IMG/VR virus record: IMGVR_UViG_3300030329_001671
Location: 1 to 64,000 of that record
Direction: 5' to 3' (one strand)
Origin: a virus
DNA: 64,000 nt
Shown: positions 1 to 10,203 of the stretch, piece after piece
Layout: each line of letters starts with the position of its first letter
Numbering within the stretch: position 1 is the stretch's first letter
Position numbers and translations under genes: made by a program
The notes under the pieces: generated by a model
Told to the model about the DNA's origin: nothing
Seen by the model: the letters and a program-made list of their open reading frames with translations, nothing else
Databases searched by the model: none

Positions 1-22
1 ATATGTATGGGGTAAAGGCATA

Positions 23-643
23 ATGTCTGGTTTTATAGGGACAGGACTCCCTACCACTACAGAAGATAAAAACGTCGGATGGGTTTTTATAAAGTCACAA
101 AAAGTAACAAGTGGTGTTTCTACTGTCCAATTCCAAGACGGTACAAATGATGTGGTGATGGATTCAACTTATGATGAATATATGTTTGTTCTTACTAGCT
201 TACACCCCAATAGTAACGATGAAGGTATCGCTTTTCAAGTAAACGGTTCAGGGGAAAGTGGGTATAATGAAGCAATTAATTCAACTTTTTGGAGAGCAAA
301 ACATGATGAAGCAGATAGTGGGAGTCATGCAGCAATAGGGTACACAGCCGATTACGATCAAGCATCGACGGGAACTGCGTACCAGCGTTTATGTAATGAC
401 GTTGGAAACGACGCTGACCAATGCGTAAGTGGAACTTTTACTTTATATGAACCAGCAAATGCAGGGAAAGTAACTCATTTTATATCTAGAATGGTTGAAG
501 CTCACGCATTAGACATAATAATGGATAATTATGTAGCTGGTTATATAAATACAACCGCAGCTATTGACGAGATTAGCTTTGCGTTTACGAGCGGAAATAT
601 TGATGCAGGAACTATTACTATGTTCGGAATGGCGAAAACATAA
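23..643 (+). CDS. Putative tail-fibre/virion beta-rich protein, paralog 1
   Basis: Shares motifs with the next two ORFs (Y..Y.F...hP, FQVN, SG.FTLYEP, HF.S, SGNI.GTI.MYG). This C-terminal motif is common in aquatic phage tail-region proteins. Confidence 0.55.
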   Translation: MSGFIGTGLPTTTEDKNVGWVFIKSQKVTSGVSTVQFQDGTNDVVMDSTYDEYMFVLTSLHPNSNDEGIAFQVNGSGESGYNEAINSTFWRAKHDEADSGSHAAIGYTADYDQASTGTAYQRLCNDVGNDADQCVSGTFTLYEPANAGKVTHFISRMVEAHALDIIMDNYVAGYINTTAAIDEISFAFTSGNIDAGTITMFGMAKT

Positions 644-1248
644 TGTCATACTTAGGAAAACAACCCAGAAAAAATAGGGGCGGGGTAATCGCACTTAAAT
701 CTCAAACTGCTGACGGAACTGCGTCTTTAACTTTTAATAATATGGATGCCACTTACGTTGCGTATGAATTTCATTTTATAAATATTCATCCAGTAACCGA
801 TCAAGCATATCTCACCTTTCAAGTAAACGCTGAGGGCAATACCGCATTCGCTGAGAATATGACTACAACTTTTTTCAGAACCAAAAACCACGAAAACGGG
901 TCGGATCAAGAAATAGCATATGTAGCTAGTTACGACCAAGCTGACGGTGACGATGCGGAACAAGCTTTATGTAATGAAACTGGTAACGGTAACGACGAAA
1001 GTATAAATGGGGTATTTACTCTATATGACCCCGCCAATACAACTGTTGTAAGACATTTTGCGTCTAGGGTTATTGAATACCACGCATCAGATATAGTAAT
1101 GGATAGTTTTTGCGCCGGGTATATTACCCCAGCCGACATAACAGACCCTATTGATGAGATAAGGTTCAAGTTTCACAGTGGAAATATAGATTCTGGGACA
1201 ATTAAAATGTATGGTATTAAAGCACTCGACACAACGGAGGTTTCGTAA
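643..1248 (+). CDS. Putative tail-fibre/virion protein, paralog 2
   Basis: Clearly similar to 23..643 (FQVNA, YDQA, GVFTLYDP, IDEIRFKFHSGNIDSGTIKMYG); TAATG coupling. Confidence 0.55.
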   Translation: MSYLGKQPRKNRGGVIALKSQTADGTASLTFNNMDATYVAYEFHFINIHPVTDQAYLTFQVNAEGNTAFAENMTTTFFRTKNHENGSDQEIAYVASYDQADGDDAEQALCNETGNGNDESINGVFTLYDPANTTVVRHFASRVIEYHASDIVMDSFCAGYITPADITDPIDEIRFKFHSGNIDSGTIKMYGIKALDTTEVS

Positions 1249-1839
1249 ATGCCAAAAACAATAGGTTACAATGACCATTTCCATGGCGGATATGACACTT
1301 TTACTGTTGGGGAAACAGGGGGACCTGTTTTATTAAATCGTGTAACACTTGCAGATATTTCTACTGTTACCTTTGATATTCCAAAGACCTATAACGCCTA
1401 TACATGGAGATTTTACAATATATCTACCGCATCTAACGGAGCAAATTTGGTATGGCAAGTTAATGCTCAAAAGGATGAGTCTATTACATCTTCCGCTTTT
1501 AGAGCATACAATAATGAAGCTGGTGATGACAATGGGTTAGGTTACCAGAGTGGGGAAGATCAAGCACAAGGTACTAGTAACGATCAGCTTATGAATAATA
1601 TAGGTTATGACCCAAAGGAAAGTTGTAGTGGGTTCTTTACAATGTACGAGCCTTCTGGTACTACCTTTGTAAAACATTTTATGTCAGAAATGACTACCAA
1701 AATGAATGGGTCAGGACCTAAACACGATCTTAGGTCGGGGTACGTTAACTACGCAAGTTTTCCGATATTCCAAATCCATTTTATGTCAAGTAGTGGAAAC
1801 TTTAAATCAGGAACCGTAGCTATGTATGGAATATTATAG
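1249..1839 (+). CDS. Putative tail-fibre/virion protein, paralog 3
   Basis: Same motif set (WQVNA, DQAQG, CSGFFTMYEP, FVKHFMS, SSGNFKSGTVAMYG). Confidence 0.55.
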   Translation: MPKTIGYNDHFHGGYDTFTVGETGGPVLLNRVTLADISTVTFDIPKTYNAYTWRFYNISTASNGANLVWQVNAQKDESITSSAFRAYNNEAGDDNGLGYQSGEDQAQGTSNDQLMNNIGYDPKESCSGFFTMYEPSGTTFVKHFMSEMTTKMNGSGPKHDLRSGYVNYASFPIFQIHFMSSSGNFKSGTVAMYGIL

Positions 1840-1847
1840 ATAAAGTA

Positions 1848-1855
1848 GTATAATA
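1848..1855 (+). promoter_or_regulatory. GTATAATA -10 promoter motif (one of about 10 intergenic copies)
   Basis: Intergenic, followed by a GGAGG RBS; motif recurs before many modules. Confidence 0.6.
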
Positions 1856-1875
1856 AACAAGGGGAGGAAATTACC

Positions 1876-2238
1876 TTGGCAACTAAATCAGAATGGGTGA
1901 CAACACTAAAGTCACAACACGCAACTTTAAATAAGATGGTTAACGGTGTTACTATTCAGCTAGACTCTACTGAATATGAAGCCACGATTGACGAATGGGC
2001 AACTGTTAATGCTGCAACAGATGTCCGTAACGCTCTTATAGCAAGCGGCGGGAAATCAGCAGATTACAAAGATTTGCGTTCCAATAGTATGGTTGCAGGA
2101 AGCTACCCAAGTATTGGTGACCAACTAGACAAACTATATCATGACGTAGATGGCGGAAAGTTTGGCTCAGATGCAAAAACTGGTACATGGTATGCAGCAG
2201 TAAAAGCAACCAAAGACAAGTACCAGAAACCAGATTAG
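1876..2238 (+). CDS. Tail fibre assembly/chaperone-like protein
   Basis: C-terminal YPSIGDQLDKLYHD...W...VKATKDKY.KP motif typical of small phage tail-fibre-associated proteins; TTG start with GGAGG RBS. Confidence 0.55.
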   Translation: MATKSEWVTTLKSQHATLNKMVNGVTIQLDSTEYEATIDEWATVNAATDVRNALIASGGKSADYKDLRSNSMVAGSYPSIGDQLDKLYHDVDGGKFGSDAKTGTWYAAVKATKDKYQKPD

Positions 2239-2330
2239 TTGACTCTAATCCAGTTTTTCTAAATTTTTTCTAAAAATTTTTGTATAATGAATATAGAACC
2301 AGATAGGTTCTTTAGGCGTAGAACAGGAGA

Positions 2331-2567
2331 ATGGATTTTATGGCTGAGTATGGTGATATTACCCAAGATATAGTAGAGATTCAGGCAGAGCTACAGGAAC
2401 TTGTAGTAGAACTTAGAACTCTAGATTCTCAACGAAATCAGAAGATGTCCGAATTTAATTCCAAGCAAGGTATTTTTCAATTCCTATTAGATAAAATTCC
2501 TGTGGAAGAGAGAGAAAGTATATTAACACCCCCGTCAACTGAGGAGTCTGCTGACAGCGACTCCTAA
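2331..2567 (+). CDS. Hypothetical coiled-coil protein
   Basis: AGGAG RBS; heptad pattern. Confidence 0.6.
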   Translation: MDFMAEYGDITQDIVEIQAELQELVVELRTLDSQRNQKMSEFNSKQGIFQFLLDKIPVEERESILTPPSTEESADSDS

Positions 2568-2578
2568 GAGAGGATAGA

Positions 2579-3694
2579 TTGTCCGCAGGAACCCCGTACT
2601 TTACCGCAGTTTGGACTTATGATACTTCAGGTACTTCATATGGAAATCATACCAATGAAGCTAGACGAAGAGGCGGTACATCATTTGAATTATTTGATGC
2701 TGCCGCCGATTACCTAATTATAGGTGACGAAGATCGCTTTGATTTAGCTTACTTTGATATAGATACAGCAGGTAGCCTAGGTGATTTGACTTGGGAATAC
2801 TGGAATGGTAGTGCTTGGACTACATTTATTCCTTCTTTAGCTGATTTAGAAGGGAATGATGAAGAAACCGAATACGACTTCTCCGAAGATGGGGCAGAGT
2901 TATTTTTAGATTTACCGGGTTGGGCTACTTACGTATACGCTGCTAGTGGAACAGAACCAGATAGCACCTCTAGGTACTATATTAGGGTTTCTCCTGCGTC
3001 CGTATCCACTAGCCCCACCGTAAAGATGGTTCGTAAGCGATCTTATAATGCTTACTGTAGTCCTGCTGAAGTGTATGAGTTCCTAAACCTTAGGTGGACA
3101 ACTGGGGCGTTTACTACAGCCACCACTCCTGCCTTAGCAGCGGTGGAAAATATAATTCATAGGAGACAGTCCTATATAGATCGTATGACTAGAAAGAGTT
3201 GGCGACCTAATATAGCTTATGAGTATCACGATTTCAACCTAGCAGGTGTTTCTATGAAGAAGAAGCCTGTTATTGATGTTCTAAAGGTAGAAATTTGGAA
3301 TGGTACTGAATGGGAGAATAGAACTCAAGGACGTAATGAAGAGTGGTTCTTTACTCCCAACACCAACAAAATTAACTTCTCTAGACTTTTCTTGCTTCCC
3401 GCTAGGTTCACGGGTTTGAACAGAGGATATTACGGAGCAGGAATCGGAGAATTCTCTAACGCCGTAAGGATTAAGTACTTATTCGGGCGGAATAGAGTAA
3501 CAGATGAATTGGAAGGAGACACGATAAAAGACGCAGCAATCAAGTTGGCTACGATTGATCTTTTGACCCACCACGACTACACCAAGATTCTAACGACAGG
3601 TGTAAATAGTGTGGATATTCAAACCAAGATTATGACATGGCAAGAAGAAACAGCAAACACCTTACAATCACTAAGATCGTGGGAGACTTTTTAA
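2579..3694 (+). CDS. Head-tail adaptor/connector-like protein with N-terminal beta domain
   Basis: AYCSPAEVYEFL...IDRMTRKSW...VRIKY.FG...IKDAAIKL pattern resembles gp6/gp15-type adaptors; lies upstream of the tail genes. Confidence 0.55.
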   Translation: MSAGTPYFTAVWTYDTSGTSYGNHTNEARRRGGTSFELFDAAADYLIIGDEDRFDLAYFDIDTAGSLGDLTWEYWNGSAWTTFIPSLADLEGNDEETEYDFSEDGAELFLDLPGWATYVYAASGTEPDSTSRYYIRVSPASVSTSPTVKMVRKRSYNAYCSPAEVYEFLNLRWTTGAFTTATTPALAAVENIIHRRQSYIDRMTRKSWRPNIAYEYHDFNLAGVSMKKKPVIDVLKVEIWNGTEWENRTQGRNEEWFFTPNTNKINFSRLFLLPARFTGLNRGYYGAGIGEFSNAVRIKYLFGRNRVTDELEGDTIKDAAIKLATIDLLTHHDYTKILTTGVNSVDIQTKIMTWQEETANTLQSLRSWETF

Positions 3695-3957
3695 TGAGTC
3701 CTAAGAAAACAGAAGAGCTTCAAGAATTTTTAAAAAATCAACCAAATTTCCTGATGAAAGAACGGGAGGAACGACAACGAGCTGCGGAAGAACGAGGCTC
3801 GTGGAATGAAAACCCCGAAGAAGATGGATTTTGGATATCTCCAGATAGGAAAATTATAGAGATTTTTTACAATTGGGATTTGGATGATCTGGAACACATG
3901 GATTGGATTAGAACTGCCCGAAAACGACCTCCTGTAAAAGGTGTTAATGACAACTAA
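3694..3957 (+). CDS. Small hypothetical protein (probable start ATG 3694) with DxxHxDWIR motif
   Basis: TAATG coupling to the upstream gene; immediately precedes the kinase-ART gene. Confidence 0.55.
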   Translation: MSPKKTEELQEFLKNQPNFLMKEREERQRAAEERGSWNENPEEDGFWISPDRKIIEIFYNWDLDDLEHMDWIRTARKRPPVKGVNDN

Positions 3958-6900
3958 GCTCATTAATTTTAAAACTTTCCTAAGTAAGGCTCCTTATCAA
4001 CCAAAAGGTTTAAAGCCCTGTCCACCCGGTGAACATCGACATTGGGGTAGGATGGATTGTCACGAAATTCCCCAAAAACACAAGAAATACCTAAAGCAGG
4101 GAATTGATCTGCACCACGGAATGGATATTGGAACAGGTCAAATTCCAGAAGGCACAATTCCTCCTAATGCCCATGACTTTTATGATGACGGTCATCACAT
4201 GGCTACAGCACATGGAGAACATACCGGAAGTAAGGGAGGAATGTGTAAGCCGGGAGAATATCCTAAAGGGTCAGGTAAACTAGCTCCCTACCACAGGCAT
4301 CCCGGAGCAGATTATTGCCACCCTGTCCAACAAAAACATGGTGGTTCCTCCCAAAGTAAGCAAATTGCTCAACAATGGCACAATACTCACGCCGCTGACA
4401 TTCAAGCATCTTGGTACGAATTTAATGAACAACATGGGCTTCCTCAAGAGGAAACTGTACCGGATCCTGTTTCTGATCCAGTAGACCCTTATGAGGGAGA
4501 TAATAAAGACAATGTACCTACCCCAACGGATAATGTAGATGTTGTCTCATCTACTGAAGAGGATCAGCCAGCAATAGACTCTATAGATTCGCCGGGAAGC
4601 GTATCTAACCCGTTTAATGCTCAAGTAAATGACATAATTACACTCACAGAAGATTACGTTGTGGATCATCCTTCTAAAACGTACAAAATTACTGATATAA
4701 GTGAAAATGCCTATGGGGAGGAGTTTGCCCAACTTGAGCATACCGAAACTGGGAAAAAATCTGGAATATGGTTAAGTGAAGATAACATAGAGAGTATAGA
4801 AAAATGGCAACCTGAAGGAGAGGCGGTAAACTCCTTAAATCCTCATGAGTTTACGATAGGCTCTAAATTTATTAGTTCAGCAGGAAAAACTTATGAGATT
4901 ACTGGTTTAGATGCCACCGCCAATAAAATTTACTACAACGTGACGGATGAAAATGGTGAAGATCCTGCCACCATGGAATTCAAATTAGATAAGTTTAATA
5001 ATTGGGTTACGGAGGAGTTAGGAGATTCTGAGGATTCTTGGGGAACTCAAAACGCTTCTATAGAGCATCCACAACCCCCTAAGGGATTTACTCCTATAAA
5101 TATAGGAGATACTCTAACCGAAGACAACATTAGTAGTTTAAAAATAGGTGATTCGTGGCATGGGACAACAACGCATGCGGATGGCACTACTAACATCACC
5201 ATACAAGGAACATTAAAGGAAATTGATAAATCCTCAGGCGGTATACCTGTTTTTTCTGTAACTTGGCAAGAAATTTTCCAACATGATGACGGGGATTTAG
5301 AAAAAACAGGTGAGTCTTGGGACGGTATGATTACGGGTTCTAACCTGATTGAAAATGACTACGTACTTGCTGAAGACGTTAGCCATGCTACAGTCACTAC
5401 TCCGACTCCATCCGAAGAACAGGTAAAGAACGCTCCGCCCGCAGGAACGATACTAACGTCTTACGACGAATTAAAAAATATTCCTGTAGGAGCTGTTTTA
5501 ATATCTCCCGGAAATTCAGAACTGACTATTTTGGGTAATACTGAAGAGGCAGGTACATATCATGGCGGAGTTATAGAATTTTCTTGGGCAGGATCGGATA
5601 AAGTCCAATCACTAACATGGGAAGCAATGCTTCAAGAAGGTTACGACGGAGATCAATATGCCGTTGGCACTCTTCCAGATGGGATAAGCACTCTCAAAAA
5701 TTTTGGTTACGAACTAGGTGGTAAGGTCACTAGTGGTAATTTTAAGGATTTACCTGAAGGTTTATCCTTTTTAGATGCTACAGGTAGTACGGTCACCGTA
5801 ACTGGAAAGAAAGATACCGCAGAGGGTTCAGGTATATATGTGGATATACATAAACCAAGCGGAGCGGTATACGGAGCGCAATTTGTCTCCGAACTGACTG
5901 AATTATCTACTGACGATAACATCATGGAAGATGGATTTAAAATTGTTGGGTTACCCGATGGAACAACCCTCCAAGAGGCTTCCGAACCAAAACAACCAGT
6001 TAAAATTAATAAACATGGATTGGATAAAGGGACAACGGTTACAGTTAAAAATATGGCAGGAGATGTTTCTTCCGCTAAAATCGTAAAGACTCATAAAACT
6101 AAAGCGGGACAGAACTATACTCTAGAATACACAGATGGTCCGAATGCGGGACAAACTACTAAAATATCCTCAGGACAAGTAAAAGATGATTTAGAGGGTT
6201 ACCAAGGATATGGCGGGGTTGCCGTAGATGTTCCTATATATAAACCCGGACAAGAACCCGAAGAAACCGTAGAACTAACCTTACCTCCATTAGGCTCTGA
6301 ACCCGGTAATTGGGACGATGTTCTAGAAAAAACTTCGGGGAAATTGGGTTACAACGAAGGTGGGATATTTAAACACAAACAAACGGGTCAGCAATATTAC
6401 ATTAAATTTAGTAGTTCTGGAAACGACCAACAGGTTAACTCCGAAGCTTTAGCTAATAAGTTGTATGAACTATGTGGAATTGGTACTTTAGGAGCCGATG
6501 TAATTAGCTTTCAAGGTAAAACCGCTTTAAAATCTGCTTGGAATCCTGATTTGGAACAAGTCAACATCAACGATATGAAAAACGAACCGGGCATCATGAA
6601 TTCGTTTGTCATTGACGCATGGTTAGCGAATTGGGATGTTATAGGACCAAATCACGATAACACCCAAAAATCTGGAGATAAAATAATTAAAGTTGACAGC
6701 GGGGGATCTTTAAAATTCCGAGGCGCAGGAGAATCCAAACCATTCCCATCTACTGTGTCGGAATTAGAGTCTCTGCGAGATCCTGCCAAAGCTAAAGTAG
6801 CTTACCAAGTTTTCCAGAATATTTCCGAAGAGAACTTGAAAGCAGGAGCTCAAATCCTGAAAGGTGTTAAAGACTCCCATATTGAAGACATAGTAGGTGC

Positions 6901-7939
6901 GTCGAGTATCCCTATTTCCCAACAGCAGGAAATGGCGGATACGTTAAAAGCTAGAAGGGATGATATCCTCAGCAAAATAGGTCAGGATGCAGATTCTATG
7001 GCGCATCCGGGTCAGCACAAACACGCTGGATACAGTGGATGGCACAGCAAAACCCAAGAACATGGTGGACATCTTGTAGAAGCTAATGAAGCACATAAGA
7101 AATTAAAGGAAGGTCCCTACACAAAGGGTGCGACTTCTGAACCGACTAAGAGAATTTGGTCGAGAATTGATTCGACTAGATCTCCAGAAGTTCAACAATT
7201 AGCGCAGAAGGCTAGGAATACTAATTTCTTAGTGGGTTCTCAGTCAGCTAACGCAGCAGCAGTTGGTAAATTCCTAAAAGAAAATAATATTAAAGATACT
7301 TTTCAGAGCCACTTTCAGGGTTGGCAATCTGGAAACCACGCAAGTATGTCTAACGTAAGAAGGATTACAGCTATTCGAGCTGCTTTACATTTCCTAAAAG
7401 GCGAGGGAGATTCTTGGGAAGACACAGAAAAACAATTCTGGCAACAGATGGGAGCAAAACCTTCCGACGTAAGTAAGGGTTGGACTCAAGGAATCAATAA
7501 TGCCATGGCCATCCTTCCATATATTGCTTTATCACAACAATATGTTAAAGCTAATATAACTAATAAAAAGACAGGTAAGGTCAATACGGTGTTCAGAGGT
7601 TTATCGGATAAATCTTCCTACAGTGGTACTAGTACTAATGTGGCTACAAACGTAGTAACTGCTTTAAAACTAGCTAAATCTGAGGGTGAAGTAGAAGACC
7701 AAGTAATTCGTATGCCTAATGATGGTATTTCGGGATACTCTACAAGCGAGGGAACTGCAAAAGGATTCGCTGGTGGAGGAGGTAAAGGAGTTGTGTTTAA
7801 GAAGGAAGGACTTGACCCAGAAGATGTCCTAATACACTTTAACGCATTCTCCAATAGTCATACATCCGAACAAGAATTATTAGTGGATAGCGCAGCCGTA
7901 AAAGAGTTTAGTGTCAACGAAGTGTATCAGTCACATTAG
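3941..7939 (+). CDS. Multidomain effector: His-rich repeats + HipA/PI3-4K-like kinase + C-terminal ADP-ribosyltransferase (start probably ATG 3947)
   Basis: Kinase-like motifs YYIKF, EALANKLY, DAWLANWDVIG..HDN, KVDSGG (about 6350-6970). ART R-S-E motifs VFRG, GYSTS, EQE (about 7580-7939). Confidence 0.7.
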   Translation: MLMTTKLINFKTFLSKAPYQPKGLKPCPPGEHRHWGRMDCHEIPQKHKKYLKQGIDLHHGMDIGTGQIPEGTIPPNAHDFYDDGHHMATAHGEHTGSKGGMCKPGEYPKGSGKLAPYHRHPGADYCHPVQQKHGGSSQSKQIAQQWHNTHAADIQASWYEFNEQHGLPQEETVPDPVSDPVDPYEGDNKDNVPTPTDNVDVVSSTEEDQPAIDSIDSPGSVSNPFNAQVNDIITLTEDYVVDHPSKTYKITDISENAYGEEFAQLEHTETGKKSGIWLSEDNIESIEKWQPEGEAVNSLNPHEFTIGSKFISSAGKTYEITGLDATANKIYYNVTDENGEDPATMEFKLDKFNNWVTEELGDSEDSWGTQNASIEHPQPPKGFTPINIGDTLTEDNISSLKIGDSWHGTTTHADGTTNITIQGTLKEIDKSSGGIPVFSVTWQEIFQHDDGDLEKTGESWDGMITGSNLIENDYVLAEDVSHATVTTPTPSEEQVKNAPPAGTILTSYDELKNIPVGAVLISPGNSELTILGNTEEAGTYHGGVIEFSWAGSDKVQSLTWEAMLQEGYDGDQYAVGTLPDGISTLKNFGYELGGKVTSGNFKDLPEGLSFLDATGSTVTVTGKKDTAEGSGIYVDIHKPSGAVYGAQFVSELTELSTDDNIMEDGFKIVGLPDGTTLQEASEPKQPVKINKHGLDKGTTVTVKNMAGDVSSAKIVKTHKTKAGQNYTLEYTDGPNAGQTTKISSGQVKDDLEGYQGYGGVAVDVPIYKPGQEPEETVELTLPPLGSEPGNWDDVLEKTSGKLGYNEGGIFKHKQTGQQYYIKFSSSGNDQQVNSEALANKLYELCGIGTLGADVISFQGKTALKSAWNPDLEQVNINDMKNEPGIMNSFVIDAWLANWDVIGPNHDNTQKSGDKIIKVDSGGSLKFRGAGESKPFPSTVSELESLRDPAKAKVAYQVFQNISEENLKAGAQILKGVKDSHIEDIVGASSIPISQQQEMADTLKARRDDILSKIGQDADSMAHPGQHKHAGYSGWHSKTQEHGGHLVEANEAHKKLKEGPYTKGATSEPTKRIWSRIDSTRSPEVQQLAQKARNTNFLVGSQSANAAAVGKFLKENNIKDTFQSHFQGWQSGNHASMSNVRRITAIRAALHFLKGEGDSWEDTEKQFWQQMGAKPSDVSKGWTQGINNAMAILPYIALSQQYVKANITNKKTGKVNTVFRGLSDKSSYSGTSTNVATNVVTALKLAKSEGEVEDQVIRMPNDGISGYSTSEGTAKGFAGGGGKGVVFKKEGLDPEDVLIHFNAFSNSHTSEQELLVDSAAVKEFSVNEVYQSH

Positions 7940-7948
7940 GAGATAATA

Positions 7949-8398
7949 ATGGCATCTTTAGTCGCACAAGACGACGTAAAAGCTTTACTAGATGCACAAT
8001 GGAACGCTAGTAATGTAACAGAACCAACTATGAGAGTCATAAACCATAATGACACTCAGATTAGACACGACTTGGTAAATGCGGGAGACTTGCTTACTGT
8101 TCGGGCTGACTCACCATTTTTTAGGGAAACTCCTATAGGAAATCATAAGTACGGACACAGAGTTACTAACTTACTAATAGAAATTTGGACTACTAACAAT
8201 TCCGACGGTCGGGACAGACTTTACGACCTAGCCGAAGAAATAAGGCGCATAATCCATAATCAACGTCATAGTATGACGAACTTCCAAAGAATTCTCTATA
8301 TAGGTATGGATGAGATAGGGATTGAGGAGAATGAACAGGTTTGGGGGGCGCAAGTTCAGGTTGAATTAGAAAACCGAGCAGTATTATTAGAGACATAA
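7949..8398 (+). CDS. Tail terminator/completion protein
   Basis: 149 aa, IEIWT...RLYDLAEEIRRI pattern, directly before the tail tube gene. Confidence 0.55.
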   Translation: MASLVAQDDVKALLDAQWNASNVTEPTMRVINHNDTQIRHDLVNAGDLLTVRADSPFFRETPIGNHKYGHRVTNLLIEIWTTNNSDGRDRLYDLAEEIRRIIHNQRHSMTNFQRILYIGMDEIGIEENEQVWGAQVQVELENRAVLLET

Positions 8399-8449
8399 TA
8401 CGTATAATAACAATAGGGATTATCCCATGATTGATAGGAGATTAAAAAA

Positions 8450-10174
8450 TTGGCAGTATATCGTAATGACCAAGTAGATTTTTCTTTCGCTTCGGAAGTA
8501 GCGTTAGGTGGATATTTTGCGCCTTTGGAAGCGACTCTAGAAAGTTCAGGGGGTTTTTCAGGAGCTTTGACTGCTGCTGTATCTCCCGGCTCTAGAACTA
8601 TTGCTGTAGATGGCGATAGTATGGATGATTTAGCCGCAGGGACTTATGTTATAATCGGTAACGATGCAGATACTCACGCTGGTGCTGATGACGCAACTCT
8701 AAATAGCGAAATTAGAAGGGTTGTATCTTTTACGGGCGCAGGAGGCTCTTCAGGTGTAATCACCTTATCTGCTCCCCTAGGATATCCTCATAAAGACAAC
8801 TGTACTGTCAAAGAAGCCGACGTTAATTCGGGCGTAATTCAAGGATTAGGAATTTCTGAGGATTCGGAAGGTGACGTAACTATGGATCACATCCGGTTTA
8901 CACCGGGTGTTTGGGAAACTATAGAGGCTCCTGACCCAACTATGGAATTTGAAGGTCGTTACTTCTTAGGATCTGAATCCAAGAGAGCATTTTATACTGC
9001 ATTCAAAGGACAACAGAGTTTCTCAGGAACTTTGTCTAACATGGAACTTATCAACGGGTATCCTCTTAGATTCCCTATTGGTAAGGTAGCCACTCAGGGG
9101 ACAGATCAAACTTCTAGTGGAGGAGGTTCTGTAACTGGCGCAGCAGTTAGCGCAGGAGATTACTTTGTTCTAGTCGATGCTGACACCAACTACTTAGACG
9201 ATGAGTATATTCAGGTAGGGGCTAGTGATAGTGGGCTAGAAGAAGTTAGGAAGATTATTCAAATTGACTCTAATACTGAATCTACGACTAAAGACCGAAT
9301 TTGGGTTGATTACCCCTTCCTTCTAGACCATGCAGCGGGAGTAGCGTGTAATCAGGTAATTGCCCCATTTACACATAGAATAATAGAAACTGTAGACTTA
9401 TCCCCCATAACTTGGCAGATAAAAAATAATGATTCTGCTGGAACGGCTGCTAATGTTTGGCTTAGGCGTTACATAGGTGGAAAAATTGGGCAAGCTACTA
9501 TAACTGCGGAAGAGGGCGGAACTCTCAGGATGAGTTGGGAATCTGCTCCGTTCATAGATATGCAGCATAACCAATATGACAGTAGTGCGGTAACTGCGCC
9601 CAATAATAAATATGATGCTGGGTTATCTGCTGTAACAGTAGAATACCCCGGTACGGAACCATATTTCTTCTCTCAAGGTTCTATTACTTTGTTTGGTGTA
9701 GAGCTCGCTAGAGTTACTAACTTTACCCTAAACATCAATAACAACCTTGAACCACGATATTTCATAAGAAACGATGGGTCAGAGAGAACCCCGTCAGATA
9801 TTTATGAAGGTCGGCGTGAATATAGTATGACAGCTACGGTTGTTTTACCAGACTCTACCGCAGGGGCTACCGATACTACTAGAAGCCTTTTCAAGGAACT
9901 TCTAGCAGAAGGTGACTATGGTTCAGGTACAGCAGGATTTGATATTGATCTAGTGTTTACTAGGGGAACTAACGATACCTTATCTATCAATATTCCTGCA
10001 AATAACGTAGCTGGAGCAAGCGTTGCGGCAGCAACGGGGGGTAATGCCCAAGGAGCATTTATACGATCAGCTAACACGAGTGTATCTACTGATAACCCGG
10101 TTTCTACTGAGGTAGATATTCTATTTAGGAATATTTCTATGGAGGTAGTAGACTCTGAACCAGTCTATCCGTAA
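8450..10174 (+). CDS. Major tail tube protein with inserted accessory domains
   Basis: C-terminal FF.QGSI...ARVTNFTLNINNNLE...EGRREYS tube motif; GTATAATA at 8402 and strong RBS. Confidence 0.7.
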   Translation: MAVYRNDQVDFSFASEVALGGYFAPLEATLESSGGFSGALTAAVSPGSRTIAVDGDSMDDLAAGTYVIIGNDADTHAGADDATLNSEIRRVVSFTGAGGSSGVITLSAPLGYPHKDNCTVKEADVNSGVIQGLGISEDSEGDVTMDHIRFTPGVWETIEAPDPTMEFEGRYFLGSESKRAFYTAFKGQQSFSGTLSNMELINGYPLRFPIGKVATQGTDQTSSGGGSVTGAAVSAGDYFVLVDADTNYLDDEYIQVGASDSGLEEVRKIIQIDSNTESTTKDRIWVDYPFLLDHAAGVACNQVIAPFTHRIIETVDLSPITWQIKNNDSAGTAANVWLRRYIGGKIGQATITAEEGGTLRMSWESAPFIDMQHNQYDSSAVTAPNNKYDAGLSAVTVEYPGTEPYFFSQGSITLFGVELARVTNFTLNINNNLEPRYFIRNDGSERTPSDIYEGRREYSMTATVVLPDSTAGATDTTRSLFKELLAEGDYGSGTAGFDIDLVFTRGTNDTLSINIPANNVAGASVAAATGGNAQGAFIRSANTSVSTDNPVSTEVDILFRNISMEVVDSEPVYP

Positions 10175-10203
10175 GAAAAAATTAAGTAATCAAGGAGCGA
10201 AGT

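Noticed and set aside
2295-2311. AGAACC-AGATA-GGTTCT as a LexA box
   Set aside because: The GAAC/GTTC spacing is 7 nt, not 4; more likely a small leader hairpin.
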